This document shows, one piece after another, positions 10,892-24,123 of a DNA stretch of 64,000 nt (position 1 is its first letter; each line of letters opens with the position of its first letter). Under the pieces are notes generated by a model. That model saw nothing but the letters and a program-made list of their open reading frames with translations, was not told where the DNA came from and searched no databases. The stretch is taken from NCBI RefSeq assembly GCF_001194135.2, contig NC_069001.1, positions 26,501,538 to 26,565,537 on the forward strand, given 5' to 3'. A program made the translations under genes and the position numbers. The DNA is from Octopus bimaculoides (taxonomy: Eukaryota).

Positions 10892-13360
10892 ATCACAGTT
10901 GTATCTGATACATAAAACATACACACACCACACACACCACACATACACACGCACACAGATGAAAACAAAATGTAGGCTAGGTTTACAATAGTAATATTTA
11001 GATAATAAAAACAGACAACTCAGCATTTTGTTGTAGCTGGTCTTATCGTTTGTTTTGTTTTGTTTTGTTTTGTATGTGGTACTATTAAATTAAACATTGC
11101 TTGTGCCAATCTTTGGTCGAAAGATATCTAAGTTATTTAAGTTATGTCTGATTCCATTTCCTATTTTATACGTCACAGGAATATGATTTCATGGAAATTC
11201 GACAGCTATTTCTAGCAGGTTGAATCAGCAAACCACTTGGTTCCTTTCTTTTTTTCATATCATAAATGTTAAATAAATCAACCAGCATACATTTACCATT
11301 GTGTGTCCTTGGTATTTTTTCTAAAGGGAAAATAGACGATGTACTTCATATTGATATACCTTTGGTCAAACAAATTTTGCTACATCGGAGTTGGTAGAAA
11401 TTTAAGCAATGGTAAAAGAAGAGTATGCCTGATACTCTGTTTACTCCGGTTCCATTGTTGGTTGACTCTACATTTCAGGCATCCAATGAGATACAGCTTT
11501 CCAATTGATTTTTCCTACTGTTATGAGCCTTCGATTCGTGTCTAAATAATTAAACAACACAAAGATTGCTGAGTGTTTTGTTTGGTTTGATAATATTTAG
11601 ATAAGTGTTGATCGCATTGTATATCAAGATATACTTGAATTGAGTTGAAAAATTTATTTCTTCTCAGATGGAGGGTCAAATCATGAAACGTCGGATTACT
11701 TTTCAACCAGCGCCATACCAAGTTATCTAAATTCATATATTTACTATATTGAAAATTTACTGTCTGTCACTAGCAATTAAACATCAATATGTAGAGAAAT
11801 GACAGGATTTAGGGTTAAGATAAATATCAACGTTTCTGGAGTCTTCATTCGTAGTGTATTATACATAAAGTGAATTTGATTAGTTAAGTGCCTGTTTTAT
11901 GTTTCGTTTGATGTTATGAAACTAAACGTTCGGAATCATGCACACATGTGCATTGTGTTAGGAATAAATTGCAATACAAATGCATCCAAATAACTATTAC
12001 GCTTTGGATAATACTTTGATATCATACAGTCATACAAACATCTTTCATTTCCAGTTTGTTTGATGTCTTCCAGTCTCAGACTAACTTATTATCATTGCTT
12101 TAACTGAGAAGAAGACGAAGAAATAGACTGAAAGACTGCTCCTAAAAATCTGTAAGTGGTTATTAGNNNNNNNNNNNNNNNNNNNNNNNNNNNNNNNNNN
12201 NNNNNNNNNNNNNNNNNNNNNNNNNNNNNNNNNNNNNNNNNNNNNNNNNNNNNNNNNNNNNNNNNNNNNNNNNNNNNNNNNNNNNNNNNNNNNNNNNNNN
12301 NNNNNNNNNNNNNNNNNNNNNNNNNNNNNNNNNNNNNNNNNNNNNNNNNNNNNNNNNNNNNNNNNNNNNNNNNNNNNNNNNNNNNNNNNNNNNNNNNNNN
12401 NNNNNNNNNNNNNNNNNNNNNNNNNNNNNNNNNNNNNNNNNNNNNNNNNNNNNNNNNNNNNNNNNNNNNNNNNNNNNNNNNNNNNNNNNNNNNNNNNNNN
12501 NNNNNNNNNNCCCTCTCTCTCTCTCCCTCTCTCTCTCTCTCTCTCAAAAAATTTAGATTAGCTTTTCATTTTATTATATCATATAACCTAACGGAAACAG
12601 TAATCGGTGCTGTCATCCAAACTGTGATCTGGACAACTGGTGCTCTACTTGCATTACGTTGTAAATCACTGATATAAAATATTTGTTCTCCAAAAATAAT
12701 GAAATAACAACAATTCTCGCTGTTTCCATTCGAGAGGACTAGAAACAACGAAATGTTTTCTGAGTATTTGGTAACCAGTATTGATTACTATGTGTACCAA
12801 TTTGACGTGGTGACATTTATATGGTTGGTTAACATACAACAAGATAATAAACACTCCGTTCTCATTTTAGTGACTTAAATAAGGAAATGTAATATATTAC
12901 TAAAAACATTACCTGGGCAACACAACAACAGAAACAGCAAATATGGAAGCACAGAAAAAAGTTATAAAACGAAATCTGACACCTTATGTAGAGAAGGATG
13001 TCATATATGCATTATTTGAAACTTTGAAAATATGTATTTTACATATAAAGAAACGTTTGTGTTCTAATAAATTTTATTACCTGTTAGAATTGCACAACTT
13101 ATGAAATTAGTTGTATTAGAATTTTTAATCGCCGCTGCTCAATTATTAACAGAAAATTTTGAATAGTCACAAACCGTGCATTCGCAAAGGGTGTAGACAA
13201 AGCATGAAACGAACACTGGCTTTGTATTGGGTGTGTCAACAACATTGTCTGAATACCATGAATATTGAAATAGCTAATAAGTATACGACTGAAGTGGTAG
13301 TGTGAAGGACTTGTTCAAATTCTTGACCATTCAAAGATAAGTAAATGCGAAAATTATATA

Positions 13361-13722
13361 TTCTTTAACTTGTTTTAATCATTTGACTGCGGCTATGCAG
13401 AAGCACCACCTTTAGTGTAACAAATCGACCCCAAGACTTATTCATTGTAAGCCTGATACTTATTCTATCGGTCTTTTTTGCCGAACCGCTAAGTTACGGG
13501 GATGTAAACCTGCCAACTTCGGTTGTCAAGTGATAGTGCTGGGACAAACACAGATACACACATAAACATATATATATACGACGGGATTCTTTCAGTTTCT
13601 ATCTACCAAATCCATTCACAAGGCCCGAGATTATAGAAGACTCTTGCCCAAGGTGGCACTCAGTGGGACTGAACCCGGAGGCACGTGATTGGGAAGCAAG
13701 CTTCTTAGCACACAACCATTGC
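13361..13722 (-). mobile_element. SINE family A
   Basis: Reverse complement of the 2659-3067 unit with a small internal deletion. Confidence 0.9.
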
Positions 13723-14774
13723 TTTATAAACTTTAGCTCATAAAATGTTAGTCGACCATACTTTACAGTAGAAGATATTTACCGAATGCATTGTGCACTG
13801 TGTCAGCATCGAACAAAGAATCACGTGCTACTGAACGAATCTGCTTATATTTAATATTCTTGCCTGCGCCCATGCTCTACCAAGTATTTTAAATCGGGAC
13901 GTCAGACAGATAAATCCGAATGATGTAAGGAGTTTGATTGATGCGGCACACTCGTTGCTAGCGCTCCCTTTTCCCTTTGTCATGAAATGTAATATTATCG
14001 AAAGCTTTCAAAGATTTTAACTGTGTTTCTTTACGCTTTTGAAATTGTTGACAGACACAAAAGAAATGTATTAACAAAGGAAGAAAATAGCAATGAAAAA
14101 AGAAAAGGAAAAGACAAGAATTGACAGAATAAATGATTGAATGAATGAATGAAAATACAAAATACAGAAGATTAGAGTTAAATGAAATGTCAGAAGAAGG
14201 ATAATAAAATGCCTTTAAATGTTATCGATCGAGATGGAATCTCCCAAGATGTTATTGATCTGCACAGATTCGTAATCCTAACCTGGTTTATTCATGTGAT
14301 TGCGTACATGACCCATTGGATGATAATACTTTGACTAGCAATCCTTCTCAGACGATGTATTCGTGCACGAATTGTCTAAAATACAAATAATAGATGAATG
14401 GCTTTGAGGCGAATAAAAGAGAGGAAGACATTCACTTCGCAGTTTTGTATCCTAAAATAATAGCGTATATTGAAATATCTGATTAGGAGCTTACTAATCT
14501 AGAACTGTTATACGACAAATACTCTCCTTTCAGAGGATTTAGATAATATATTAATCAATCACTGTTATAAGATCAATATCAATGATCATTGACATTGTTT
14601 ACGTTATGAATTATAGAGTTCAATTAGTTTTCAGTTATTTATAGCACTGTGCTAGATTTTTGCCACATATTTTCTGCTAATATCTTATGAACTAATATAG
14701 TTTTATCGAATGTTACCGTTACTGAATCGATATCATGTCATGATAATAATAAAATAATGATAAAGATAACAATA

Positions 14775-15110
14775 GTAATAGCTTCAAATTTTGGCACAAG
14801 GCCTCCAGGTTCGAGGGTAAGGGCAAGTTGATTACACCGATCCCCGTGTACTTATTTTACCGACCTCGAAAAGCAAAGTCGACTTCGGCAGAATTTGAAC
14901 TTAGAAACTGAGGGCAGACGAAATACTGCTAAGCATTTTGCCCAGCGCGCTGACGATTCTGCTAGCTCGACTCATTTATTCATAATAGTAATAATGATTT
15001 CTACTAAAGGCACAAGGCCTGACATTTTGGTGGAGGAGGCTAGTCGATTACATCGACCCTAGTGTTTCACTGGTACTTAATCAATCGGCTTCGGTGGAAT
15101 TGAAATTTCG
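14775..15110 (-). mobile_element. SINE family B dimer (full copy plus tail-side part of a second)
   Basis: Core motifs at 14825-14900 and 15044-15100, linked by an AAT-rich spacer. Confidence 0.8.
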
Positions 15111-15689
15111 GCAATTTACGGATATATCCTTTGCTTTATAAATAAACGCAGACAACAATGCATATCTGTAAGCAAGCAACATGGAACCAATATTCCGACA
15201 AATTTTCTCTCTCTCTCTCTCATCTAGCATGCTAGACTTCCAACAAAACCTTAATTAAAAGAAAATTAATAAAAAGGGTTTCGAATTCTGGCAGAATGCC
15301 AACAGTTTTCGAGGAGGGTAAATATAGTGACTACACCCCACTCCTCGACAAGTACATGCCGTATCAAACGTGAAACGATAAAAGCCAAAGTCGACTGATA
15401 ACTTTGTCCTGAGTGCCAACGATGTTGCCAGTCTAAGAATATTAATAATAATTGTTTCTGGTAAAGGCCCCAAGGCCTAAAATATTGTGGAAGGTGGTTA
15501 GTTCATTGCATCGACTCCAGTGCCGAACATTGGGTCCATTGCACTGACTCCGAAAAAATGTATAGCAAAGATTTTATAAGAATAATTTTACATTAAACTG
15601 AAGGATTTTGTATTTTCAACGGACAAGCTGAGACTTTGAAGTCACCGCATTTTCCCTGTAAAATATCGAATATATATATATATTGATAG

Positions 15690-15825
15690 AAAGGACCACA
15701 AAAGAAAGAAAGAGACCTCGATATTATGTAAATAGAAGAATTTATTTGTAAAAATGTGACATTTATTCGGTAGCCATGATAAAACTCCGAGTTTCGGATG
15801 CCGGGGTGGGAACCCACGCCAACAT
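15690..15825 (-). mobile_element. Penelope-like element pLTR remnant carrying the 3' half of a hammerhead motif; cut by an N-gap
   Basis: The minus strand reads ..AUG-[hairpin GUGGG UU CCCAC]-CAUCC GAAA CUC G GAGU U UUAUC. The PLE assignment is inferred from the motif. Confidence 0.5.
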
Positions 15826-17302
15826 NNNNNNNNNNNNNNNNNNNNNNNNNNNNNNNNNNNNNNNNNNNNNNNNNNNNNNNNNNNNNNNNNNNNNNNNNNN
15901 NNNNNNNNNNNNNNNNNNNNNNNNNNNNNNNNNNNNNNNNNNNNNNNNNNNNNNNNNNNNNNNNNNNNNNNNNNNNNNNNNNNNNNNNNNNNNNNNNNNN
16001 NNNNNNNNNNNNNNNNNNNNNNNNNNNNNNNNNNNNNNNNNNNNNNNNNNNNNNNNNNNNNNNNNNNNNNNNNNNNNNNNNNNNNNNNNNNNNNNNNNNN
16101 NNNNNNNNNNNNNNNNNNNNNNNNNNNNNNNNNNNNNNNNNNNNNNNNNNNNNNNNNNNNNNNNNNNNNNNNNNNNNNNNNNNNNNNNNNNNNNNNNNNN
16201 NNNNNNNNNNNNNNNNNNNNNNNNNNNNNNNNNNNNNNNNNNNNNNNNNNNNNNNNNNNNNNNNNNNNNNNNNNNNNNNNNNNNNNNNNNNNNNNNNNNN
16301 NNNNNNNNNNNNNNNNNNNNNNNNNNNNNNNNNNNNNNNNNNNNNNNNNNNNNNNNNNNNNNNNNNNNNNNNNNCTGATTGACAATGGTTCATTGTATTA
16401 CGTTCGAAAATAGGACTAACATCTGTTACGTCGAGCTCCACTATGATTCTAGATTGAAAACGAATATTTTAATTTTATTGTTAAAAGCGAATTCGATAAA
16501 AATAATGTTTATGCATGATGAAATTTATACTATTCGACTGACTAAGTGCGAATGACTATTTCAAGTCAATAAATTTTAATTTGATAAAAATCTATGCAAT
16601 TTATGTATATTGTTCAAAATTATCTAACTCTATTTATCGATATCACTGTGTACCTATATATCTCTCTCTCTCTCATATTTAATATGTATGTATATATATA
16701 TATATATATTACACATACATATGTAATGATATATATAACAAACATGCATATATATACTTCACATATATATTTTATATACATACATACATTAGTGTGTGTG
16801 TGTGTGTGTGTGCGTATATTTACATGCATATTCGCATTTACTAAAATCCAGCCTCTAGTACAAACGTTTCCATCATAATTGCTGTCTTAATTACCAAGAA
16901 TTGAGGTAAGTAGTTCATATATTCTATACGATTTATAAGTAATCTATACAACAAAGTGTTTGCTAATTTGCAACGTAACTTAATTTTCTCAACCACTTTC
17001 CCATTGTAAGTAGTTGATAAATACGACCGATTTTGTTTGTTGATGGAATTGTCTGTTTCGGTTTTAAATTCAAACCTCCATTTCAGTAGTTGTGCTAAAT
17101 ACCACAATTATTAAGTAAATTATAGCAACAGTAACTGCAGCAGCATTTAATTGAGGTATTGCGTCTGTCTGCGAGTGTTTGCATGCTTGTGGAATTCTGT
17201 GAGCGTAGTTCCCTTTCTGCTTTATGTACTAGTTTAAACATTTTTCACTTCATGACATAAAACCCGATGCAACCTACAGTTTAACAAATTCTTTGCAGCC
17301 AA

Positions 17303-17303
<1 letters not shown>

Positions 17304-17353
<50 letters not shown>
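17304..17353. repeat. (CTA)n microsatellite
   Basis: Direct read. Confidence 0.97.
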
Positions 17354-17371
<18 letters not shown>

Positions 17372-18295
17372 AGCTGCTGTTGCTGCTATTAAAACTATGA
17401 TCCTTATCATTATTCACAATGGCGCAACTGCTATCATCCTCATTATTTTGCTACATATGTCATACTCTCTAACTACATTGATTTGAACAGGCTAGAAATG
17501 TCCACCGTCATACTATTGCATACTCAGTCTCTCTCGCTGTCTAAGTACTTATCATATATGCATGGATATCTGATAGTATATATCTTAATGCTGTTATTGA
17601 ACCCTTAGCCCTTTTTGGACACTCATACAATGTTAATTTAATCACGGCTATCCTGATAACTAATTGCTTGTAGGTAGAGCTAGAATGAAAATTACGTAAT
17701 TTTAAACACCAGCGAATCATATGATAACGGGTTAGCTGCTATTTCTCGCATGATATATTCCCATGGGGCATAGTAGTGTGACAAGCTGGTATAGTGTTTT
17801 GCGTGTCGGATGCTTAGCTACATTTCTTCCAGCTCTTTACATTCAGTTTTCTCTTTCATCCATTCATGGTCGGTAGAGCAATACCAGTTAAACACTGGAG
17901 TCATTTCAATATACACTTTCCTCCGGTTAATTGTTTTCTGGTTTTGTCCCAAAATTTGAAAGTATTAGATCTTCAAGTAAAATAGATGCAATCTAAAGCT
18001 GAATCAGTCGCGTCAATAGTTTCAATAAGATTCATGAATTTACACGTTCAGGGACATTAGTTTGAACCAACAGGCACTATGGTTCGTTTTAAACGCTTTA
18101 AGACATATACACTATCATCTTAACTCTTTACAAAACGAAAGGTTTTGTAATTAACTTTTACCACACTAAAGAATGTAAATATAAAACTCTGTGCATATCC
18201 CATTGAGTACTTTCACAAACACACACTCATACGCACGCAGTGAAGCACAATTATCCAAACACTCACCCGCACACGCACGTACGCACACACACACA

Positions 18296-18346
<51 letters not shown>

Positions 18347-19970
18347 TGTATAATGCACAAATGTCAACTAAATAAAGGAGTGGTGGTTAATCTTCATAGA
18401 GGAATGAAGGATTGCGTCAAAAATTTAAGTCCTTAAAAGAAATTCCATTCCAGATTCTTTAAGTGGTTCTGAACTGCATCAACGACCGTATTAGGCCAAT
18501 AAATTCATTGAAGAGCTTTGGTAGGGAATAATTACAGAACTGGCAATAAATGGATATGAAATAGCAGAAAGCAATGGCCCACATTATTATAATGTTCCTA
18601 TACAGGTTTATTGTGGTTAGACCTCTTATTTTATGTTCATGTTTCAATACAAATGGATGTTCTCAATAACGTTAGTTGTTATTACCTAAGTTAATTAAAG
18701 TTTTAAGACAGCTCACCCTGGAACATTCGCACATCAAGTACTATAGTTGAGATAACTAAATTACAGAAATGGCTTAATTATTGTTCGTTGTAGTCTCTTT
18801 TTTTTTTCTCGTAAATTTATAATTTTCTGCGATTCACCCCTATTTAGCAGAATCTATCGAACTATGCTTGATGATATTACAGCTTTTAAGTTATTAAACA
18901 AATTAGAAATGACTCTATCATTCTTCATGTTAGCTGGTTCTGCTGTAGATTTAGTATCATAATAGGATAGTATCTCAAATCGGTTTGGAAGTTAATGAAA
19001 AATCATCCAGCCATTACACGTTATATACCTATGTCTCAAAAGCAGAAGAATAACATCTAAAGGACGATGTTTATATTACAGCTGACCACAAATTATGTTA
19101 GGTTTTCTGCTGACGTTTCCACTATTCCCATTCACTATAATATTCCGTTCCAAATATTTGAAGATTACCAAACTCGATTTATTTTTGGAATATTTGAAAA
19201 GGCGACCAACAACATAACATCTGTTATGACCACCAGAAGAATAAATAAATAAATAGAACGGTTGGTGCCCTGCTTTATATGTTGTTGTTTTTTCCTAAAT
19301 ACATATATACATATATATACACATATATGCATGCATACATACATGCATGCACACGTATACATATGTGTGTTTGTGTGTATGTAGAGCGTAGACTCAAAAC
19401 GTCAAAGAATGTTCCATTCTTCCAGAGCGTGAAACTAATGAAAGCTGCTTGTTGTTCCATTACATCTCTTTGTCATTTGTGTTTTGTACATGTGAACTGT
19501 ATATATGTGTGTGTGCGTGTTTGTGAGTGACGGAAGGGAAATGGAATTCACGAGGCTATCTTGTACGTTGTACCACCGGAATGAATGTATTTTTCCTGTC
19601 ATTAGGTAATGGGTCTTGAGGGTAAAAGACAGAGTTTCAGTAGAGAGATTTAGAAGATGCATCCGGTGAGAAGTTCTGTTCTAGTGTCAAGTGTGTATTA
19701 CCATTTACTGTGACATGCTGCCAGAGTTGAAACGACAATAACATGACACAGCAAATGGAGGGAGTGAAACAATGTTTCACAATCCGATGCACGACTTCAT
19801 ACAGAACAATAATTCCACGCCCTCTAGCGTAATTGGTTGTGTACTCGCTACATTGTTTCAGCTATGTAAATAATGCCCCTACACGAAGCATAATACCGTC
19901 CAAATGGAGTCAACCGTTGGTTCAGGGAAGAATTTGTAGCTATGATCAAAGGCGTTCCAGATGTGACCAT

Positions 19971-20013
<43 letters not shown>

Positions 20014-20570
20014 CACACGGACAAAATGTAGGGTTGCATTTATATTAAAAATGTGTCGCTTGATGTTTTTAACACGGTGAGATATGATTTGAGTGAAATT
20101 TAGCTGTTATTGCAAACAGGCTGAACAAACATCTAGACGTTTCACCATTAGCTCCTGTAAATAATGTTGAAGTGATAGGTATTCCGTGAGGATTTACCGA
20201 AGATTGCAATGCTGATTATTTATCGACGCTATAATACATGTGTAATTTAGACGGATATCGTTTCAGAGTAAGATGCGAAGCTGCATGTATGTTATCTTCA
20301 TCTGTAGAGTGAGAGTAATTTGCTGCCTTTAAATGAAATGCGGTTATCGTGTCTCTAATAGCAAACACTTTTACGAAGGTATCTCTTTATAGAATGTATT
20401 TTAGTCTCGTGATCAGTCCCGATTTCTTAGAAGTAATGAAGACTAATTATGGTCTGAAATGTGGCTATGAACTGGAGCTACTAGGCTATAGTGACAATAT
20501 CAGACAAGATATTTATATACATATTGTGAAACTTGCCAAAAACACTTGTTCAAAAACTCACGTACAATAT

Positions 20571-20979
20571 TCTCTTTTACTCTTTTACTTGTTTCAGTCA
20601 TTTGACTGCGGCCATGCTGGAGCACCGCCTTTAGTCGAATCAAATCGACCCCAGGACTTATTCTTTTGTAAGCCTAGTACTTATTCTATCGGTCTCTTTT
20701 TGCCGAACCGCTAGCTTACGGGGACCTAAGCACACCAGCATCGGTTGTCAAGCGATGTTGTGTGTGGGGGGACAAACACAGATACACAACATATACACAC
20801 ATACATATATATATACGACGGGCTTCTTTCAGTTTCAGTCTACCAAATTCACTCACAAGGCTTTGGTCGGCCCGAGGCTATAGTAGAAGACACTTGCCCA
20901 AGGTGCCACGCAGTGGGACTGAACCCGGAACCATGTGGTTCGTAAGCAAGCTACTTACCACACAGCCACTCCTACGTCT
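20571..20979 (-). mobile_element. SINE family A, well-preserved full-length copy
   Basis: Runs from the tail TCTTTTACTCTTTTACTTGTTTCAGTCA to the head CAGCCACTCCTACGTC; close to the reverse complement of 2659-3067. Confidence 0.93.
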
Positions 20980-21571
20980 ATTCGGTAACGTTTTTAATAT
21001 ATATTGTTCTTCTATTTCTTGATAAAAGGCTTCTTGCTTGAAATGTCAATGTCTTTTTCCTCTCAGCGTAACGTACTGATAGTATGTATTTGTTGAAATT
21101 TTTCTAATGTTTTTTTTTATCACAAATTTTTGTTATCTGTATTACATTCACAACAACAGACCACCTACCACTAAGTCACTTCATATTTATATATATATAT
21201 AGTGGGGTTGTAGTATCAGTTGTGAGATGGATTTGCCTCGCGGGAAGTGTAGAAGATTATAGACTTTAGATAAGAATGTTTCGGATTCTTATTGGCAATA
21301 GAGAAAAAAATGGAGATAATAGTAATAAGAAAAACAAGTTTATCTAAGCTTATTCAAATGGAAAATATAAGCGTATTTGTAGATTTTGTGATTGGATTTA
21401 ACACTGTTGCCCGATACGCAGACACATATAAGACACGCATATATAACGAAGAAACATACAGGTAGAGGTAGTCAAATCGTATATACATACACATTATACA
21501 CGCGTATTCACGTGTGTTTTCTTTATAAATACATATTCGGGTTGTCATTACAAGCATGAATAGTGCTGAGA

Positions 21572-21622
<51 letters not shown>

Positions 21623-22454
21623 ACTCACTCACTCACTCACACATATACACATACACAATCATAGACATACATATGAAGAAATTTAGACATGTTCACAATC
21701 ATATTAATAAATATATACGTGTGTGTGTGTGTGCAAAAGATAGACGGAGAGACAGACAGATAACAGAAAGTATATGCTTGAGTGTATGTATGGTCGTATG
21801 TGTGTCTGTGAAAGAAGGGAACGGTATGTGTGAATCGCTAAATGTAATTTCATATTAATCCAATGGATAGTATCGATCCAGAGTAGATTCACTGTTAGAA
21901 CCGATTGTAGGTTTTATATCCACTTTCCCACAATCTCTCCCTCGACCCTCTCTTTCTCTCTCTCTCTCTCGCACCCCTCGCTTCCTCACTCTCCCACACA
22001 CTCGCATACATCTCTACTAATTAATACACACACAGATACTCACACATACACACACACTTTCATGTCTCCTCACGTTCCACACTTTGGTTAGATTCGGATC
22101 AATTATTAGGTGATATATGTTTATCTTCAAAACAACGTTAAAATAGTGTAAAATATTAAAAAGACCGCAAGCAAGAGTAAATGGTGAGAAATTATACTAG
22201 AGTTGACTTATATTTTAGGAGCCTCTATGTCTCATCAATCTTGAACATCCCTCTTTGTGCGTTTATGTGTAATATATCTTATTAAATTTTTGGAATAAAT
22301 AAAGTGGTGTTATTGTTTCGTGATAGTTAAACAGTGTCAAATAATGTGTGAAATTAAATTATTTAACTGTTTTGTTTTGTGTTTGATGAAGATGAATGAA
22401 GGAATGAAGAAAATATGAACAATCAAATGAAGCTAGAAGAAAAGATTTACAGAA

Positions 22455-22685
22455 AATTTGCGCAAAATTACAGATATTATGTAACCAAATAAACAGTTTG
22501 AGTTCGTACGCCACGCAGCACGAAGTGTCTACCATGACGCCTTATTTCTATTAAATAACTCCGCGGTAGATATAATTGCTTGCGTGTATAGTTGACGTCA
22601 GACGAAGCAGGAGCCACTTTATCATGGCTCCAAAAATAGCCTATTTACTGGTATTTTTTTTAACGAATTAAGCCACGCCGTCAAA
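22455..22685. promoter_or_regulatory. Candidate cis-regulatory module (bZIP and MEF2-like motif cluster)
   Basis: TTGCGCAA (22458), TTATGTAA (22477), TGACG (22535), TGACGTCA (22593), CCAAAAATAG (22630) and CGTCA (22679) in a locally CpG-rich stretch that matches none of the repeats recognised here. Confidence 0.3.
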
Positions 22686-23725
22686 ACAGACAACTGTTTC
22701 AATTACGCTTTATTTGTTAAATTTAATATTTTCTCTCTTTTTTTTTTTAGGTTTTAGATTCAACTTCAATTATAGATTTTCAGTAAATTTTTTTTTTTTT
22801 TTTGGCTATAGTTATGAAATTTGGACATTTTTATATGCTTTGAACTCATTAGTCTGTACACTCTTTATTGATGAGGTAAACATGTTTAACGTATGAAGGA
22901 AAACAAAACTAAAACCAAAAATAAAAAGAACCAAATAATTCTTACTATTTTTATTGTCTAAGAACTATATTCAGTCCATTTAAAATAAAATAAAATTACG
23001 CTTTAAATAATTGTTCCTCTCGTGTCAGATGTTTACATACCGAGAGCTATTAGACGCTATAATATGCAACATACACAGACATATATATTTCTCCTTTTTT
23101 CTTTTTCTTATATATATATATATAGATAGATACATACATACACACACACACATACACACATACATACATACGTACATGCATAAATATATTGACTTCTATA
23201 TTTTGAGAGGAGGTATACGTTTTCTGGTCAGTCAATGATTTAAATAGTTTTAAAGTAATGCGTTCATTTCTACGCATAATCCTTTTCAATTCAGTCGCAG
23301 TATTTTCGATTCTGTGATTCTTTCTCATATTCATCAACCTACAGATTAATTAGTTACCTGTAATTTACTCGGTCAACAGACATTATACGGTTTTTTCTTT
23401 GCGACAAAGTTTAGAAATATTTTTCGGCGATGGACAAGTCCCTTTCCTTCCAACATTGATCAGAGTACAATATCACTGCGGAATGTGATGACTATATCTT
23501 CTGTACTTTGCTTCCAGGTAACCAATACACTTGAACTAAAATAATGATTGCAAAAAAGAAAAAGATAGTGCCAAAGCGTAACTGCCATGCACTGTTTGGT
23601 AAATAAAATGGGATGAAATTATAAATAATCCCTATGAAATTTAAAATATTACATGTATGCTAGAGATGGCTATTTGTACGTTGATTATATCAGGTCCACC
23701 CTGAAGAATTTACCGTTATTATGCA

Positions 23726-24006
23726 AAGGCTTTTGGCTTAGTGGTGAGGGTATTCGGTGAATATTTGTAAGGTGGTGAGTTCGGTTCCTAAGGGTGTGTT
23801 GCAAGAAATTTTATTTCATGCCGCTACAGTCCACTCAACTTACGAAAATAAATAGACCTGTATATCAAAACATCAGCTTTCTCGCATCCTGTGTCACGCT
23901 GTACCTCCGAGAACTACGTTAAGGGGACCCGTGTCTGTGAGTGTTCACAGGCAAACTGTTCCATTCATCGGATCTACTGGAACCCTCTTCCTCCTAACCG
24001 ACAGAG
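23726..24006 (+). mobile_element. tRNA-derived SINE, family D (single copy in window)
   Basis: A-box TGGCTTAGTGG (23734) and B-box GTTCGGTTCC (23779) at tRNA-like spacing. The body CAGTCCACTCAACT...GAGAACTACGTTAAGGG...GGAACCCTC..TAACCGAC resembles an octopus SINE as I recall it. Confidence 0.7.
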
Positions 24007-24123
24007 TTGCAGCTCACGGCTATTGGCTTCTAGAGGACCCTGTTAATATGTAGAAGAGCTAAGGCGGGGCGCGAGCAGGTCGTTAGCATGTCTGGTAAAA
24101 TGCTAATCGGCATTTCGTCCGTC

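Noticed and set aside
20349-20714. 121-aa ORF
   Set aside because: The last ~45 codons are the antisense tail of a family A SINE; the rest is unrecognisable.
23494-23523. Recursive-splice-like YAG|GTA sites (23517; also 510, 19606, 28083)
   Set aside because: Comparable sites occur on the minus strand (e.g. ~12913, ~13080, ~23357), so there is no strand bias; no host gene is defined.
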